A stretch of 61,384 nucleotides of DNA, counting the filler, from Nanobdellota archaeon (GTDB lineage: Archaea; Nanobdellota; Nanobdellia; Woesearchaeales; CAZZGN01), in the NCBI GenBank assembly GCA_051819665.1. It is 4 parts of 4 records of this genome, joined end to end, with 100 filler letters (N's around TTAATTAATTAA, not from the genome) between each part and the next. Parts side by side here need not be neighbours in the genome. Positions count along the whole stretch, not along the records: positions 31,939 to 46,969 come from JBNJDG010000025.1; positions 47,070 to 61,384 come from JBNJDG010000026.1; 2 more parts are not named here. One strand, 5' to 3'. The translations under genes and the position numbers were made by a program. Under the pieces are notes generated by a model. That model saw nothing but the letters and a program-made list of their open reading frames with translations. It ran no database searches and was not told the origin of the DNA. Below are positions 36,209 to 48,711 of this stretch, in pieces; position 1 is the first letter of the stretch, and each line of letters starts with the position of its first letter.

Positions 36209-38011
36209 ATGGGAGACGTTTATATAGATGAAAAATTCATGGGCACTGTAGACAACTCAAAGGAGTTCGTCAGGCAGATCGTCCTCGAGAGGAGAAAAGG
36301 CAAGATCTCGCTTGACACTAATGTGAACTATGATGAGGATAATGACGAGGTCTTTGTCGAGACTTCGAAAGGCAGGGTCAGGAGACCTCTTATCGTTGTT
36401 AGTGATGGCAAAGCTCTTCTTACTGAGAAGCACATAGGACAGCTCGAGAGGAACGAGATCTCCTGGGATGATCTTATAGCCCAGGGAATCATAGAATTCC
36501 TCGATGCTGCGGAAGAGGAGAATGCCTATGTGGCTATGAAAGAGGATGAGCTCACAAAAGATCATACGCATCTTGAGATAGACTCCGTTGCGATAGCAGG
36601 CCTCTGTACGAGCATGGTGCCTTTCGGCAATTATTCACAGAGCGCAAGGATAGCCTTCGGTTCGAAGAACCAGAAACAGGCAATAGGATTCTATGCGGCC
36701 AATTATCCTGTCAGGATGGACATGGACGTGAACCTTCTCCATACACCACAATCACCTTTGGTAAAATCTTATACGAACGATCTTACTGATTATGACAAGC
36801 ACCCTTCGGGACAGAACATAGTCGTTGCAGTGATGGCTTACAGGGGCTATAACATGGAAGACGCTGTAGTCCTTAACAAGGGTTCTATCGACAGGGGCTT
36901 TGGAAGATCGACTTATTACAGGCCCAGTGTCTCAGAAGAGCTGAGATATTCAGGTGGCCTCATGGACGATATCTGTGTGCCTGACAAGGAAGTCAAGGGG
37001 TACAGGTCGGAGCATGATTACAGGTTCCTTGAGGATGACGGAATTGTTCATCCGGAAGCTAAGGTAGGCGAGGACGATGTAGTTATAGGTAAAGTCTCCC
37101 CGCCGAGATTCCTGAGCAGCATGGATGAGTACAACCTCGGATCGAATAGCGACCGTGAGAGTTCTGTCGCCCTTAAGCACGGAGAGAGCGGTACAGTCGA
37201 TTTCGTGGCTTTGACAGAGAACGAGGAAGGTAACAGGCTCATTCAGGTAAGATTAAGAGAACAGCGTATACCCGAGATAGGGGATAAGTTCACCTCGAGA
37301 CATGGTCAGAAAGGTATTGTAGGTATGGTTGTGCCCAATGCTGATATGCCATTCTCGATATCAGGAATAACTCCGGATCTTATATTCTCGCCGTTCGGTG
37401 TGCCTTCAAGGATGACCATCTCCCATCTTATTGAGCTTATAGGTGGGAAAGTGAGTGCATTATCCGGAAGGTTCGTTGACGGCACTCTCTTCAGTTCTGA
37501 GGATGAGAAGGATCTGAGGCAGGAGCTTCACCAGTACGGATTCAAGGAGAACGGCACAGAGACGATGTATGACGGTATTACAGGAAAACAGTACAAGGCC
37601 AATATCTATATGGGTAATATGTATTATTTCAAGCTCAAGCACATGGTGGCGAACAAGATCCATTCGAGGGCAAGAGGGCCCATACAGCTTCTCACGAGGC
37701 AGCCGACTGAAGGAAGAGCCAAAGAAGGCGGTCTCAGGCTTGGAGAGATGGAGAAGGACACTTTCGTCGCACACGGAGCTTCCCTCCTTCTCAAGGAGAG
37801 GTTCAACTCCGACAGGACAATCGTGCCTGTAAGCGAGGACAGCGGTCTTGTGGCAGTGCATGACCGGTTCAGGAACAAGAAATACTGTATTGTCTCCGGA
37901 GAGAATTCCGAGATAAACAACGTGGAGATGAGCTATGCTTTCAAGATACTCCTTGATGAGCTAAAGACTCTTGGAATATATCCAAAACTGAAACTTAGGA
38001 ATAAGTACTGA
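36209..38011 (+). CDS. rpoB1: RNA polymerase subunit B' (Rpo2C)
   Basis: GYNMEDA, GDKFTSRHGQKG, PSRMT, KLKHMV, QPTEGRAKEGGLRLGEME. Confidence 0.97.
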   Translation: MGDVYIDEKFMGTVDNSKEFVRQIVLERRKGKISLDTNVNYDEDNDEVFVETSKGRVRRPLIVVSDGKALLTEKHIGQLERNEISWDDLIAQGIIEFLDAAEEENAYVAMKEDELTKDHTHLEIDSVAIAGLCTSMVPFGNYSQSARIAFGSKNQKQAIGFYAANYPVRMDMDVNLLHTPQSPLVKSYTNDLTDYDKHPSGQNIVVAVMAYRGYNMEDAVVLNKGSIDRGFGRSTYYRPSVSEELRYSGGLMDDICVPDKEVKGYRSEHDYRFLEDDGIVHPEAKVGEDDVVIGKVSPPRFLSSMDEYNLGSNSDRESSVALKHGESGTVDFVALTENEEGNRLIQVRLREQRIPEIGDKFTSRHGQKGIVGMVVPNADMPFSISGITPDLIFSPFGVPSRMTISHLIELIGGKVSALSGRFVDGTLFSSEDEKDLRQELHQYGFKENGTETMYDGITGKQYKANIYMGNMYYFKLKHMVANKIHSRARGPIQLLTRQPTEGRAKEGGLRLGEMEKDTFVAHGASLLLKERFNSDRTIVPVSEDSGLVAVHDRFRNKKYCIVSGENSEINNVEMSYAFKILLDELKTLGIYPKLKLRNKY

Positions 38012-38016
38012 TAAAA

Positions 38017-40653
38017 ATGGAAAACGAAGAAAATCACGAGGGAAGGAGCTACGAGGACTGGCTTGAGGACACAGGCAATTTTGTCCACAAGATGGTCGAT
38101 TCTATAGAATTCGGGTTCCTTTCGCCGAAGATGATCAAGAAGATGTCTGTTGTCAAGGTAGTCACACCAGAGCTGTACGACAAGGAAGGTTATCCTGTTG
38201 ACGGGGGTCTTATGGACCTCAGGATGGGAGTGATCGATCCCGGATTAAGGTGTAAGACTGACGGCTCTAAGGTAAAGGACAGTCTTGGTTATTTTGGATA
38301 TATCGAGCTTGCAAGGCCCGTAGTGCATATTAAGTTCGTAGGTCTTGTGCAGAGTGTATTGAGATCGACCTGCAGGGAGTGCGGCAGGGTTCTCATGGAT
38401 GATGACAAGCTCAAGAAGACCCTGAAGAGCATAGAGAAAGTAAGGGACGAGAAAGGTTATGACGATTACAGGGCTGAAGTGAAGAAGATTATGAATTCCC
38501 TGAAGGCAGTCAAGAAGTGTCCGCACTGTAAGGCTGATCAGGGCAAGATAGAAGTGGACAAGCCTTCGACTTTCCTTGAGGATGACAAGAGGATCTTCCC
38601 GATCGAGATAAGGGCGAGGCTTGAGAAGATACCCGATGATGATTATAAGGTTCTTGGTATAAATCCTGAATCAATGAGGCTTGAATGGGCAGTCCTCACA
38701 GTCCTCCCCATACCTCCTGTCACTATGAGGACCTCTATAACGCTTGAGAGCGGGGAGAGGAGCGAGGATGACCTTACCCATAAGCTTGGTGATGTAGTGA
38801 GGATCAACCAGAGATTGTTCGAGAATATAAACGCAGGTGCTCCGGAGATAATCATAGAAGACCTTTGGGATCTTCTCCAGTATCACGTCACTACGCTCTT
38901 TGATAATGCTGTGGCACAGCTCCCGCCTGCAAGACACAGGTCGGGACAGCCTCTGAAGACGATCTCAGAGAGGATAAAGAGCAAGGAAGGAAGGATAAGG
39001 CATAACCTTGCAGGTAAGAGGACCAATTTCTCGGCCAGGACCGTTATCAGTCCCGATCCGAGGATAATGGTCAATGAGATTGGCGTCCCGAAAGAGATAG
39101 CCATGAAGCTTACTGTGCCTGAAAGGATAAACGACTGGAATACAGAATACCTCAAAGAGTATATCGAGAAGGGTCCCAAGGAATACCCTGGTGCGAATTA
39201 TGTTATCAGGCCGGACGGGAAGAAGAAGAAGATCACGGATGAGACCAAGGAGCAGGTCCTTGAGGAGATCCAGCCAGGTTATATAGTGGAGAGGCACCTC
39301 CTCGACGGCGATATTTCCATATTCAACAGGCAGCCGAGCCTTCACAGGATGAGCATGATGTGCCACAGGGTGAAGGTACTGCCGGGCAAGACTTTCAGGC
39401 TCAATCCGGCCGTCTGTAATCCTTATAACGCTGATTTCGACGGGGACGAGATGAACCTTCACATACCTCAGACAGAGGAGGCAAGAGCTGAATCGGAGAT
39501 CCTCATGGAGGTGCAGACACAACTTGTTACACCGAAGGTAGGGCTTACAGTATTCGGTTGTATCCAGGATGCTATCTCAGGAAACTACCTGCTCACGAAA
39601 GATCTTGAGTTATCAAGAGAGGAAGCTATTGATCTTCTCTTTGCTGTAGGCGAGACCAATTTCTCCAAGCTGAAGGGAGAAAGGATATCTGGCAAGGATG
39701 TATTCAGCGCTCTTCTCCCTGATGATTTCACTTTCTATGGTAATTCAAAGGCTAAGGATACAAATGGCAGCGATGAAGTGGCCATAAAGAAAGGGAAACT
39801 CGAGAAAGGTGTTATGGACAAGGCCAACCTTGGTGAAGGTTCCGGCCTCATGCTCAGGAATTTCCAGTCCAGATATGGTCAGGATGAGACGATGGTCTTC
39901 CTGGGTAAGTTGTTCAGGCTCGGGACAGAGGTAATAACAAGATACGGTTTCACTGCTGCTATCTCAGACAGTGATCTGCCTCAGCATGCGATTGATGAGA
40001 TCAATAAGGTCCTGAGTGACGCATATAAGGAATCCGAGGATCTCATCAAGAACTTCAGGGAAGGCGGTCTTGAACCGTTCCCGGGAAGGAGCGAGGCAGA
40101 GACCCTCGAGCTTAAGCTCCTTGAACTGCTTAACAAGGCAAGAGATAATACAGGAGATATAGTCACAAAATATGCTGATCAGGGAAGCCATACGATGATC
40201 ATGGCCAAATCAGGCGGAAGAGGTAATCTCCTCAACCTTGCACAGATGGCAGCTTGTGTAGGGCAGCAGTCCCTCCGTGGCGGAAGGGTCGACAAGGGTT
40301 ACAAGGACAGGACTTTATCGTGTTTCAAGAGGAACGAGCTGATGCCCGAAGCCAGGGGTTTCATCAGGAACAGTTTCAAGTACGGACTGAACCCGAAGGA
40401 GTTCTTCTTCATGGGCATGACTGCCAGGGATTCATTGATGGATACAGCCCTGAGGACACCAAAGTCAGGATACCTTTACAGGAGGCTTGCAAATTCGCTC
40501 CAGGACCTGAAGGTAGAGTATGATCATACTGTAAGGGATACATCGAAGAATGTGATCCAGTTCGCTTACGGTGATGATAATGTTGATGTCTCCAGGAGCG
40601 AGAAAGGGATCATCAATGTCAAAAGGATAATTAAGAACGAGATGAATTCGTGA
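38017..40653 (+). CDS. rpoA1: RNA polymerase subunit A' (Rpo1N)
   Basis: [11 protein letters not shown] catalytic motif, [16 protein letters not shown]. Confidence 0.98.
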   Translation: MENEENHEGRSYEDWLEDTGNFVHKMVDSIEFGFLSPKMIKKMSVVKVVTPELYDKEGYPVDGGLMDLRMGVIDPGLRCKTDGSKVKDSLGYFGYIELARPVVHIKFVGLVQSVLRSTCRECGRVLMDDDKLKKTLKSIEKVRDEKGYDDYRAEVKKIMNSLKAVKKCPHCKADQGKIEVDKPSTFLEDDKRIFPIEIRARLEKIPDDDYKVLGINPESMRLEWAVLTVLPIPPVTMRTSITLESGERSEDDLTHKLGDVVRINQRLFENINAGAPEIIIEDLWDLLQYHVTTLFDNAVAQLPPARHRSGQPLKTISERIKSKEGRIRHNLAGKRTNFSARTVISPDPRIMVNEIGVPKEIAMKLTVPERINDWNTEYLKEYIEKGPKEYPGANYVIRPDGKKKKITDETKEQVLEEIQPGYIVERHLLDGDISIFNRQPSLHRMSMMCHRVKVLPGKTFRLNPAVCNPYNADFDGDEMNLHIPQTEEARAESEILMEVQTQLVTPKVGLTVFGCIQDAISGNYLLTKDLELSREEAIDLLFAVGETNFSKLKGERISGKDVFSALLPDDFTFYGNSKAKDTNGSDEVAIKKGKLEKGVMDKANLGEGSGLMLRNFQSRYGQDETMVFLGKLFRLGTEVITRYGFTAAISDSDLPQHAIDEINKVLSDAYKESEDLIKNFREGGLEPFPGRSEAETLELKLLELLNKARDNTGDIVTKYADQGSHTMIMAKSGGRGNLLNLAQMAACVGQQSLRGGRVDKGYKDRTLSCFKRNELMPEARGFIRNSFKYGLNPKEFFFMGMTARDSLMDTALRTPKSGYLYRRLANSLQDLKVEYDHTVRDTSKNVIQFAYGDDNVDVSRSEKGIINVKRIIKNEMNS

Positions 40654-40658
40654 TAAAC

Positions 40659-41792
40659 ATGGAAGAGCTATTCAAGAAATATAAGAAGTCCATACCTCCT
40701 CATCTGTTGGAGGAAGTCAGGGAGAATGTACCTGAAAAGGCCACGAAAAAGAAAGTGGAGAATATCCTCAAGACAGTGGAGGAGGAATACAGGAAGTCCA
40801 AAGTGGATCCCGGAGAAAGTGTAGGCCTTGTAGCGGCAGAGTCTATAGGTGAGCCGGGTACCCAGATGACCTTGAATACATTCCATTTCGCAGGAGTCTC
40901 CGAGATGAACGTCACCATGGGTCTTCCCAGGATCATAGAGATCCTTGACGGCAGGACGAACATCTCCACTCCGTCGATGGAGATATATCTTACAGAACCC
41001 TATAATAAAGGGAAGGACATAAAGAGCCTTGCTATGAAGGTTAAGGAATCAAAGCTTAACGATATAGTCTCAGAGATCTCAGTAGAGGTCATGGAGAGCC
41101 GTGTGGACATCTCCCTTGATAAGAAAGAGATGGATAAGCTCGGGATAAAACAGTCAACGGTTGCCAAGAAAGTGGAGAAATCGGTCAAGAATTCCTCTGT
41201 GAAGACTGAGGAGAATATGATCCAGATAAAGATTAAGGGTAAGGAAGTCGGGCTGAATGATCTCCTGAGGCTTAAAGAGACTGTCAGGAGCATATACATC
41301 AAAGGAATAAAGGGAATAACGCAGGTGCTTCCTGTAAAGAGGGAAGAAGAATTCGTCCTTGTGACAGCAGGATCCAATATGAAAGAGATTTTCAAGCAGG
41401 ATTTTGTCGATAAGACAAGGACAAAGACCAATGATATTCACGAGACCGCCAAGCTACTTGGTATAGAAGCTGCAAGACAGACAATAGTCAATGAGGTCAC
41501 AGGTGTGCTTAATGCACAGGGTTTGGAGATTGATGCAAGGCACATCATGCTTATTGCTGATGCTATCTGTCGTATAGGCCGTATCAAGGGTATCACCAGG
41601 TACGGGATTGTCAAACAGAAATCCAGTGTGCTTGCAAGGGCCTCATTCGAGACACCGATAAAGCATATGCTAGAAGCTGGTGTTGTAGGAGAAGAGGATA
41701 ACCTCAGCAGTGTGGTCGAGAACGTGATGATTAACCAGCCGGTACCTGTCGGAACAGGATTACCTGGTCTGATCACCAAAACGAGGAAATGA
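40659..41792 (+). CDS. rpoA2: RNA polymerase subunit A'' (Rpo1C)
   Basis: [37 protein letters not shown]. Confidence 0.98.
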   Translation: MEELFKKYKKSIPPHLLEEVRENVPEKATKKKVENILKTVEEEYRKSKVDPGESVGLVAAESIGEPGTQMTLNTFHFAGVSEMNVTMGLPRIIEILDGRTNISTPSMEIYLTEPYNKGKDIKSLAMKVKESKLNDIVSEISVEVMESRVDISLDKKEMDKLGIKQSTVAKKVEKSVKNSSVKTEENMIQIKIKGKEVGLNDLLRLKETVRSIYIKGIKGITQVLPVKREEEFVLVTAGSNMKEIFKQDFVDKTRTKTNDIHETAKLLGIEAARQTIVNEVTGVLNAQGLEIDARHIMLIADAICRIGRIKGITRYGIVKQKSSVLARASFETPIKHMLEAGVVGEEDNLSSVVENVMINQPVPVGTGLPGLITKTRK

Positions 41793-42049
41793 GAATGGAA
41801 GAGATAAAAAAAGCTGTAGAACAGGGAAATATTGTCATAGGTACAGAGAGGACTTTGAAGGAACTCAAGAAAGGCAATCTGGGGAAAGTTTTCGTATCCT
41901 CTAACTGTCCTGCAGAAGTGCTGGAGGACCTGGATCATTATACTTCCATAGCTTCGGTCGAGAAGGAACAGCTCGAGATGTATAATGATGCTTTAGGCAC
42001 TTTGTGTAAGAAGCCTTTCCCTGTATCTGTATTGGGAATCAAGAAGTGA
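41789..42049 (+). CDS. rpl30e: 50S ribosomal protein L30e
   Basis: IG...T.K...SSNCP...LG.LC.KPF.VSV; conserved operon position. Confidence 0.93.
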   Translation: MRMEEIKKAVEQGNIVIGTERTLKELKKGNLGKVFVSSNCPAEVLEDLDHYTSIASVEKEQLEMYNDALGTLCKKPFPVSVLGIKK

Positions 42050-42474
42050 TCATAGTGAGAATAAAATATGATCAGAGGCTCATGAAGCTGATCTCGCTTT
42101 TTGAGTCGAGGACGAAAGTCTCTCCGAAGGATGCTTTTGAGGACGCTTTCGGCCTTTTGCATTTTGTCGTTCCCGATGGGAAGGCAATGAAGGCGATAGG
42201 TAAGAAGGGCGCCAATGCGAAAAAGATTTCGGATCAGATGAACAGGAAGATAAAGATTGTCGAGTTCAGTGATGACAGGGAAACATTTATAAAACGTCTG
42301 GTGTTTCCACTCAAAGTTACCCAGGTGGACGCACAGGAAGATGTTGTCAATGTCACTGTTCCTGATAACCAGACCAGGAGCAGGATGATAGGCAGGAACG
42401 GCGTCAATCTGAGGAATTATGAGGATATCGTGAAACGGTATTTTCCGCTTAAAGAGATAAAGATCAAAGAGTGA
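42046..42474 (+). CDS. nusA: Archaeal NusA-like KH-domain factor
   Basis: Two KH motifs AIGKKGAN and MIGRNGVN; operon position. Confidence 0.93.
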   Translation: MIIVRIKYDQRLMKLISLFESRTKVSPKDAFEDAFGLLHFVVPDGKAMKAIGKKGANAKKISDQMNRKIKIVEFSDDRETFIKRLVFPLKVTQVDAQEDVVNVTVPDNQTRSRMIGRNGVNLRNYEDIVKRYFPLKEIKIKE

Positions 42475-42482
42475 ATTAGAAA

Positions 42483-42920
42483 ATGGCTAAAAAATCATCA
42501 GGACTTAATGCAGGTAAGAAACTTCAACAGAGAAGGAAAGCCGGCAGATGGAAGAACAAGGAGTATGTCAGCAGGACTCTCGGACTGAAGAAGAAGTCTG
42601 ATCCTCTGTTCGGGAGCTCTCAGGCTAAGGGTTTCGTGCTGGAGAAGATCCAGCTGGAGGCGAAGCAGCCTAATTCCGCTATGAGGAAATGCGTAAGGGT
42701 ACAGCTTGTCAAGAACGGTAAGCAGATTACAGCATTCCTGCCCGGAGATGGTTCAACCAAACTCGTCGATGAGCACGATGAGGTAACCATCGAATGTATA
42801 GGTGGGAACATGGGAAGGTCCAAAGGGGACATCCCGGGAGTCAGATGGAGAGTCACACAGGTCAATGATCAGAGTCTTGATGCTCTGAGAAGAGGAAAAA
42901 TAGAGAAGGCTAGGAAGTAA
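42483..42920 (+). CDS. rps12: 30S ribosomal protein S12 (uS12)
   Basis: [31 protein letters not shown]. Confidence 0.98.
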   Translation: MAKKSSGLNAGKKLQQRRKAGRWKNKEYVSRTLGLKKKSDPLFGSSQAKGFVLEKIQLEAKQPNSAMRKCVRVQLVKNGKQITAFLPGDGSTKLVDEHDEVTIECIGGNMGRSKGDIPGVRWRVTQVNDQSLDALRRGKIEKARK

Positions 42921-42922
42921 AA

Positions 42923-43522
42923 ATGGGCGAAGTTAAATTTTTCAACAGATGGTCACCAACAGATGTTGTTGTACAGGATCCTGGACTCAAGGAGTATATA
43001 TCTCTGAAACCCAGGTTCGTACCAAGGACAGGCGGAAGGGACATTGGTAACAGATTCAGGAGAGCCAAGGTTTCCATTGTCGAGAGGCTCATCAACAAGG
43101 TGATGATCCCTGGTCATAAGGCCAAGAAGCATAAGATAACTTCCGGGCATATAACAGGCAAGGCACATTCCGTCGCTGAGATAGTCGAGAAGGCCTTTGA
43201 GATAATCGAGAACAAGACCAAAGAGAATCCTATAGCGGTGCTTGTCGGGGCCATCGAGAATTCTGCGCCAAGAGAGGAGATCATCTCGATCGAATATGGT
43301 GGTGCAAGGTATCCTAAAGCAGTTGAGAGCTCACCCCAGAGGAGAGTGGATTTTGTCCTGAGGCATTTCGCCCAGGGAGCTTACCAGAAATCTTTCAACT
43401 CGAAGAAGGGTGCTTCCTCGGCTCTGGCGGACGAGATCATCTCGGCTTACAATATGCACAGTACCTCCCAGGCATTGTCCAAAAAGACAGAGCTGGAGAG
43501 ACAGGCTGACTCTGCCAGATGA
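42923..43522 (+). CDS. rps7: 30S ribosomal protein S7 (uS7)
   Basis: IVERLINK, AIEN..PREE, YGGARY..AV..SPQRR.D, ER.A.SAR. Confidence 0.97.
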   Translation: MGEVKFFNRWSPTDVVVQDPGLKEYISLKPRFVPRTGGRDIGNRFRRAKVSIVERLINKVMIPGHKAKKHKITSGHITGKAHSVAEIVEKAFEIIENKTKENPIAVLVGAIENSAPREEIISIEYGGARYPKAVESSPQRRVDFVLRHFAQGAYQKSFNSKKGASSALADEIISAYNMHSTSQALSKKTELERQADSAR

Positions 43523-43803
43523 TAAAGATAAAAAAGAAGTGCATAAAGTGTAAGAAGAATTATGTCGAGGCCACCACAAGGTCTCGATATGTTATTTGTT
43601 ATCCCTGCCAGAAGGATAAGCTCAATACAGAGATAAAAGACCCTGAGATGAAGAAATTCTTTGATATCCCGGAAGAGCTCTACGAAAGGAGCCCTTTCCT
43701 GAGGAACATAAAAGTCTCCTATATTGAGTATGGGGAGATAACGGATAAACAGAAGGAAGCTTTCCTGAAAGCTTATAAAGAGATGAGCAAGAATAAGGAA
43801 TGA
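43519..43803 (+). CDS. Hypothetical zinc-finger protein
   Basis: CIKC...CYPC followed by a helical domain; ATGA-coupled to rps7. Confidence 0.75.
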   Translation: MIKIKKKCIKCKKNYVEATTRSRYVICYPCQKDKLNTEIKDPEMKKFFDIPEELYERSPFLRNIKVSYIEYGEITDKQKEAFLKAYKEMSKNKE

Positions 43804-43951
43804 TTGATCCTGTTTCCTTATCATGGATGATAATTTTCGCCCGATTTCCGTTTTTTATCTATGAATCGGTGTATTTTTCTATAATCTTATAATATAAAGA
43901 GGACTATTAAAAGAAGTGATAAAGAAAATGATAAAAAAGAGAAAAAGGGGC

Positions 43952-45559
<1,608 letters not shown>

Positions 45560-45829
45560 TCACCCCATCTTTGCCATTATATCTTTCAACTCGACGATGA
45601 TGTACTTCTCACCATCTGAGTTTATCTCCTCGTTGCTATATCCTCCATAGATGACCTTGTCTCCCGGCTTTATAGGGAATTCTCCTTCCTCTTTCTGGCC
45701 GATAGCAACCACTTCTCCCTGTTTCTTCGATTCTCTTGCCGACTCGGGGATGTAGATCCCTCCTGCTGTTGTGCTCTTCTCTTCGATAGGTTTGAGCAAA
45801 ACTCTCTCTCCTATGGGTTTTATTTCCAT
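45560..45829 (-). CDS. groES: Co-chaperonin GroES
   Basis: IKPIGERVL, TAGGIYIPESA, GEVVAIG, GDKVIY; SD GAGGTGA upstream. Confidence 0.97.
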   Translation of the reverse strand: MEIKPIGERVLLKPIEEKSTTAGGIYIPESARESKKQGEVVAIGQKEEGEFPIKPGDKVIYGGYSNEEINSDGEKYIIVELKDIMAKMG

Positions 45830-45858
45830 TTCCTATCACCTCAAAAGAAGATAAGCGC

Positions 45859-46296
45859 CTATTTGACGCTTATCTGTTTCTTCTTGCTCTCTTCTTTCTT
45901 AGGAGCTCTCAGCTCTAAGACACCGTCCTTGTAGCTGGCTTCTGCCTGACTGGTGTCCGCATTGGGCATCGGGATGCTCCTGTAGAATCCTGCGCATTTC
46001 CTTTCCATCCTGTAAGTCCCTGATTTCTTGTCTTCCTGCTCGTACTCGTCTTTCTTCTCCACTTTTATCTCTACGCTGTCATCAGTTGCATTGATCTCTA
46101 TATCATCTTTGTTCACGCCAGGCATCTCTATCCGGGAAACAACCTCATTATCTGTCTCCCAGACGTCAGTCAGAGGGTTCCTGTACGAATCTGAGCCTTC
46201 CGGGCCGGGCAGCATGCCTTCGTTTCTGTCGAAGAAGTTCCCGAACATCTTGTCCATATGCCTGTGCATCCTTTCCATATCATCCCAGATCGACAT
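45859..46296 (-). CDS. Small heat-shock protein (Hsp20/alpha-crystallin)
   Basis: DVWET, EMPGVNKDDI, F.RSI..P, ASYKDGVLEL..PK, I.V tail; ATG at 46296 follows SD GGAGGTGA. Confidence 0.95.
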   Translation of the reverse strand: MSIWDDMERMHRHMDKMFGNFFDRNEGMLPGPEGSDSYRNPLTDVWETDNEVVSRIEMPGVNKDDIEINATDDSVEIKVEKKDEYEQEDKKSGTYRMERKCAGFYRSIPMPNADTSQAEASYKDGVLELRAPKKEESKKKQISVK

Positions 46297-46399
46297 ATTT
46301 ATCACCTCCTTCGTTTATCTGCTCTCGAGTGTGTTGATTTAAGGTAAACAAGAATCATATTTAAATTTTTTTGTGATAAGACAAATATTATTTTGAATA

Positions 46400-46600
46400 C
46401 TAAATAGAACTAAGCTTCTTCCTTTTTTTCTTTAATCTGTGGAGAAGTTTGAGTTGTCCCTTTATGTTTCTCAGCTCTTTCCTGAAAGAATGGTCTCCTT
46501 GTGCCTTTATTTTCTCGTATGATTTCTTGTCCTCTTCAATTATCCTTTCCAGCTTATTGCAGAGATCCTCGAACTCTTTTTCGGTCTTTGTTGCGGGCAT
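46400..46600 (-). CDS. Small basic hypothetical protein
   Basis: 66-aa coiled-coil-like ORF with upstream TTTATATA. Confidence 0.5.
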   Translation of the reverse strand: MPATKTEKEFEDLCNKLERIIEEDKKSYEKIKAQGDHSFRKELRNIKGQLKLLHRLKKKRKKLSSI

Positions 46601-46712
46601 GGTGGTTCATTACTCTCTTCTCTTATTATATAAACCTTTTTGTATCTTCATATATCCTCTTTTTCTTCTTCCATAAAAACCTTTAAATATTAACTAAGGG
46701 AACTTTTACCTT

Positions 46713-46969
46713 ATGGATTTCAAAGAAAAGATCAAGGAACTGCTCACCGATCATGTCTCTGAAGAGCATCTGGACAATCTGGAAAGGCCCAAGGATACGA
46801 GATTGGGTGATTATGCTTTTCCCTGTTTTGTGCTCGCGAAGGAGATGAAGAAGAACCCTGCTGTTATAGTGGAGGAGCTTGCGGGTAAGCTTTCCAAGCC
46901 GGATTTTATCAGGAAGATAGAGAATAACGGCCCTTACCTTAATTTCTTCATAGACAGCTCTTATATGGC
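46713..46969 (+). CDS. argS: Arginine--tRNA ligase N-terminal domain (3' partial)
   Basis: LE.P....GDYAFPCF.LAK..KKNP..I...GPYLNFF; cut by the linker. Confidence 0.92.
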
Positions 46970-47069
46970 NNNNNNNNNNNNNNNNNNNNNNNNNNNNNNN
47001 NNNNNNNNNNNNNTTAATTAATTAANNNNNNNNNNNNNNNNNNNNNNNNNNNNNNNNNNNNNNNNNNNN
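46970..47069. other. Artificial contig-joining linker
   Basis: N-run with TTAATTAATTAA. Confidence 0.97.
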
Positions 47070-47070
47070 T

Positions 47071-47181
47071 CACGGGCTTGATAAAGGTCTTATCCTTACA
47101 CATTCACAGGAGGATGAGATCTCTTCGGAAGGCAGGAAGGCAATAATCAAGCCGATATGGAAATGGCTCTCGGGAATGTGA
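47071..47181 (+). CDS. C-terminus of an AAA_14/DUF4143-type ATPase (5' partial)
   Basis: Manual translation HGLDKGLILTHSQEDEISSEGRKAIIKPIWKWLSGM*; the G.I.T...E and P.WKWL tail is typical of this family. Confidence 0.65.
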   Translation, partial: HGLDKGLILTHSQEDEISSEGRKAIIKPIWKWLSGM

Positions 47182-47214
47182 ATGATGTCTTTTATCAGAA
47201 ATCCTATTATGGGC

Positions 47215-47589
47215 TCACTTATCCTTATATTCGGGCACTAGCTTCTCAAAGTCGGAATAATCCCTGAATGCAGGCCTTCTTACACTTGTATCCATACAAC
47301 CGTTCTCATATAAACAGGCATTAAAGCCTTCTTTTCTCAGGGTATAAAGATGATCCAGGCAGCAATAACCCCTGAGAGCTCCCATGACTATTACATCCGG
47401 ATCGTTCTTTTTATCCAGTGGGATCCTGGATTTATCCCTTACATTGAAGACCCTGACCTTGTCATACTCCTGTTCCATCCTCCTCACTTTATCTATCTTT
47501 TCCTTCACCCTTTTGTGCTCTTCCGGAAAGCTTCTTTTATAGAGATCCAGATACTTTTCATGGACGATAGTGAAATATTTGTCTCTCAT
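47215..47589 (-). CDS. Hypothetical protein (possibly a reduced isochorismatase-like fold)
   Basis: VIVMGALRGYCC...L...GF resembles the cysteine-hydrolase core. Confidence 0.55.
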   Translation of the reverse strand: MRDKYFTIVHEKYLDLYKRSFPEEHKRVKEKIDKVRRMEQEYDKVRVFNVRDKSRIPLDKKNDPDVIVMGALRGYCCLDHLYTLRKEGFNACLYENGCMDTSVRRPAFRDYSDFEKLVPEYKDK

Positions 47590-47688
47590 ACTCGTGTGTG
47601 AGAAAAAGGATTTTATAAAATCTGCTATGTCAGGTTCTTCAAAGTATCTTTTTCAAAAATTACTTAAATAATCTTCCCTGTTCATATA

Positions 47689-48711
47689 GTGATGGCAAGA
47701 GAAGCGTATCTTTTCCTCAGGAAGAGAGGAAGGATCCTGACAAAGGAAGGGAATGTCCCTGAGCTTGATGATATAAGTCAAACAAATAGGTATAAGATAA
47801 AGAACCTGCGGATGCTCTACAGCTATGAAGAGGCGGATGTCTATGAGGCAGAGCTTAAGAGAAGACCGAAAGGCCATAAGCTCACACTCCCATCAGAACT
47901 CAGATCTAACAGGATAGTCAGAGATTATCTTAACAAGGACAGCTTCACCGAGAAGAGGATCTGGTTCACCCATAATGGCGGAAAGAAGACATGCGGGGTC
48001 TTAAGGTATCCGAAGGTCAATGCAAGGTTCCCTCTGGTGATAATGGTCCACGGTTTCTTAAGCAGCAAGGATTCGGGCAGTTATCTTGGTCTGGCGGAAA
48101 AGCTCTCAAGAGCAGGCTTTGCTACCTTCAGGTTCGATTACTATGCTCACGGGGAGAGCCAGGGGAGCATGAAGTCTTTCACTCTCACAAAAGCTTTGAA
48201 TGCAGTTGATGCAGCTCTGGAGAAAGCCAGGTCTTTCAGGGTGGTCGATGAGGACAGGATAAGCATGCTCGGTTCCAGCATGGGCGGTCTTCTCACTCTC
48301 TACAGATCTGATAAAGTCAGGAGCTCTGCTCTGATATGTCCGGCAGTGAATTTCAGAGAACTCTTTGATATGAGGTATTCAGAGAAGGAAATAGCTTATT
48401 GGAAGGAGAAGGGCTATGCGGAGATATTCAATTACGCGAAGGAGAAGCCCGAGAAGCTCGGCTTTGATTATTACAGGGATGCTGTTAACTATGATGGTTA
48501 TAAGAAAGCAGAGAACTTGGAAACACCAGTCTTGATAACCCACGGGGACAAGGATAAGACTGTTCCTGTTAAGCAGAGCAGGAAGCTCTCTAAAGTGCTG
48601 AGGAACAAAAAATTATTTATAGTAAAGGGAGCCAATCACCGATTCTATCCTAAAAAACTCAGGAAACCGAGGGATGAGAAGATAACAGAATGGTTCCTGG
48701 AGCATGGTTGA
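47689..48711 (+). CDS. Alpha/beta hydrolase with an N-terminal extension
   Basis: HGF, RFDY.AHGESQG, GSSMGG nucleophile elbow, HGDKD.TVP, GANH. Confidence 0.92.
   Translation: MMAREAYLFLRKRGRILTKEGNVPELDDISQTNRYKIKNLRMLYSYEEADVYEAELKRRPKGHKLTLPSELRSNRIVRDYLNKDSFTEKRIWFTHNGGKKTCGVLRYPKVNARFPLVIMVHGFLSSKDSGSYLGLAEKLSRAGFATFRFDYYAHGESQGSMKSFTLTKALNAVDAALEKARSFRVVDEDRISMLGSSMGGLLTLYRSDKVRSSALICPAVNFRELFDMRYSEKEIAYWKEKGYAEIFNYAKEKPEKLGFDYYRDAVNYDGYKKAENLETPVLITHGDKDKTVPVKQSRKLSKVLRNKKLFIVKGANHRFYPKKLRKPRDEKITEWFLEHG

Noticed and set aside
34723..38011. Split rpoB as a possible frameshift or pseudogene
   Set aside because: The B''/B' split at this position is a known natural arrangement in several archaeal lineages; both halves are intact
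46313..46349. Possible CIRCE element or RNA thermometer upstream of hsp20-groES-groEL
   Set aside because: Does not match TTAGCACTC-N9-GAGTGCTAA; the weak inverted repeat is mismatched on the mRNA strand and does not cover the SD
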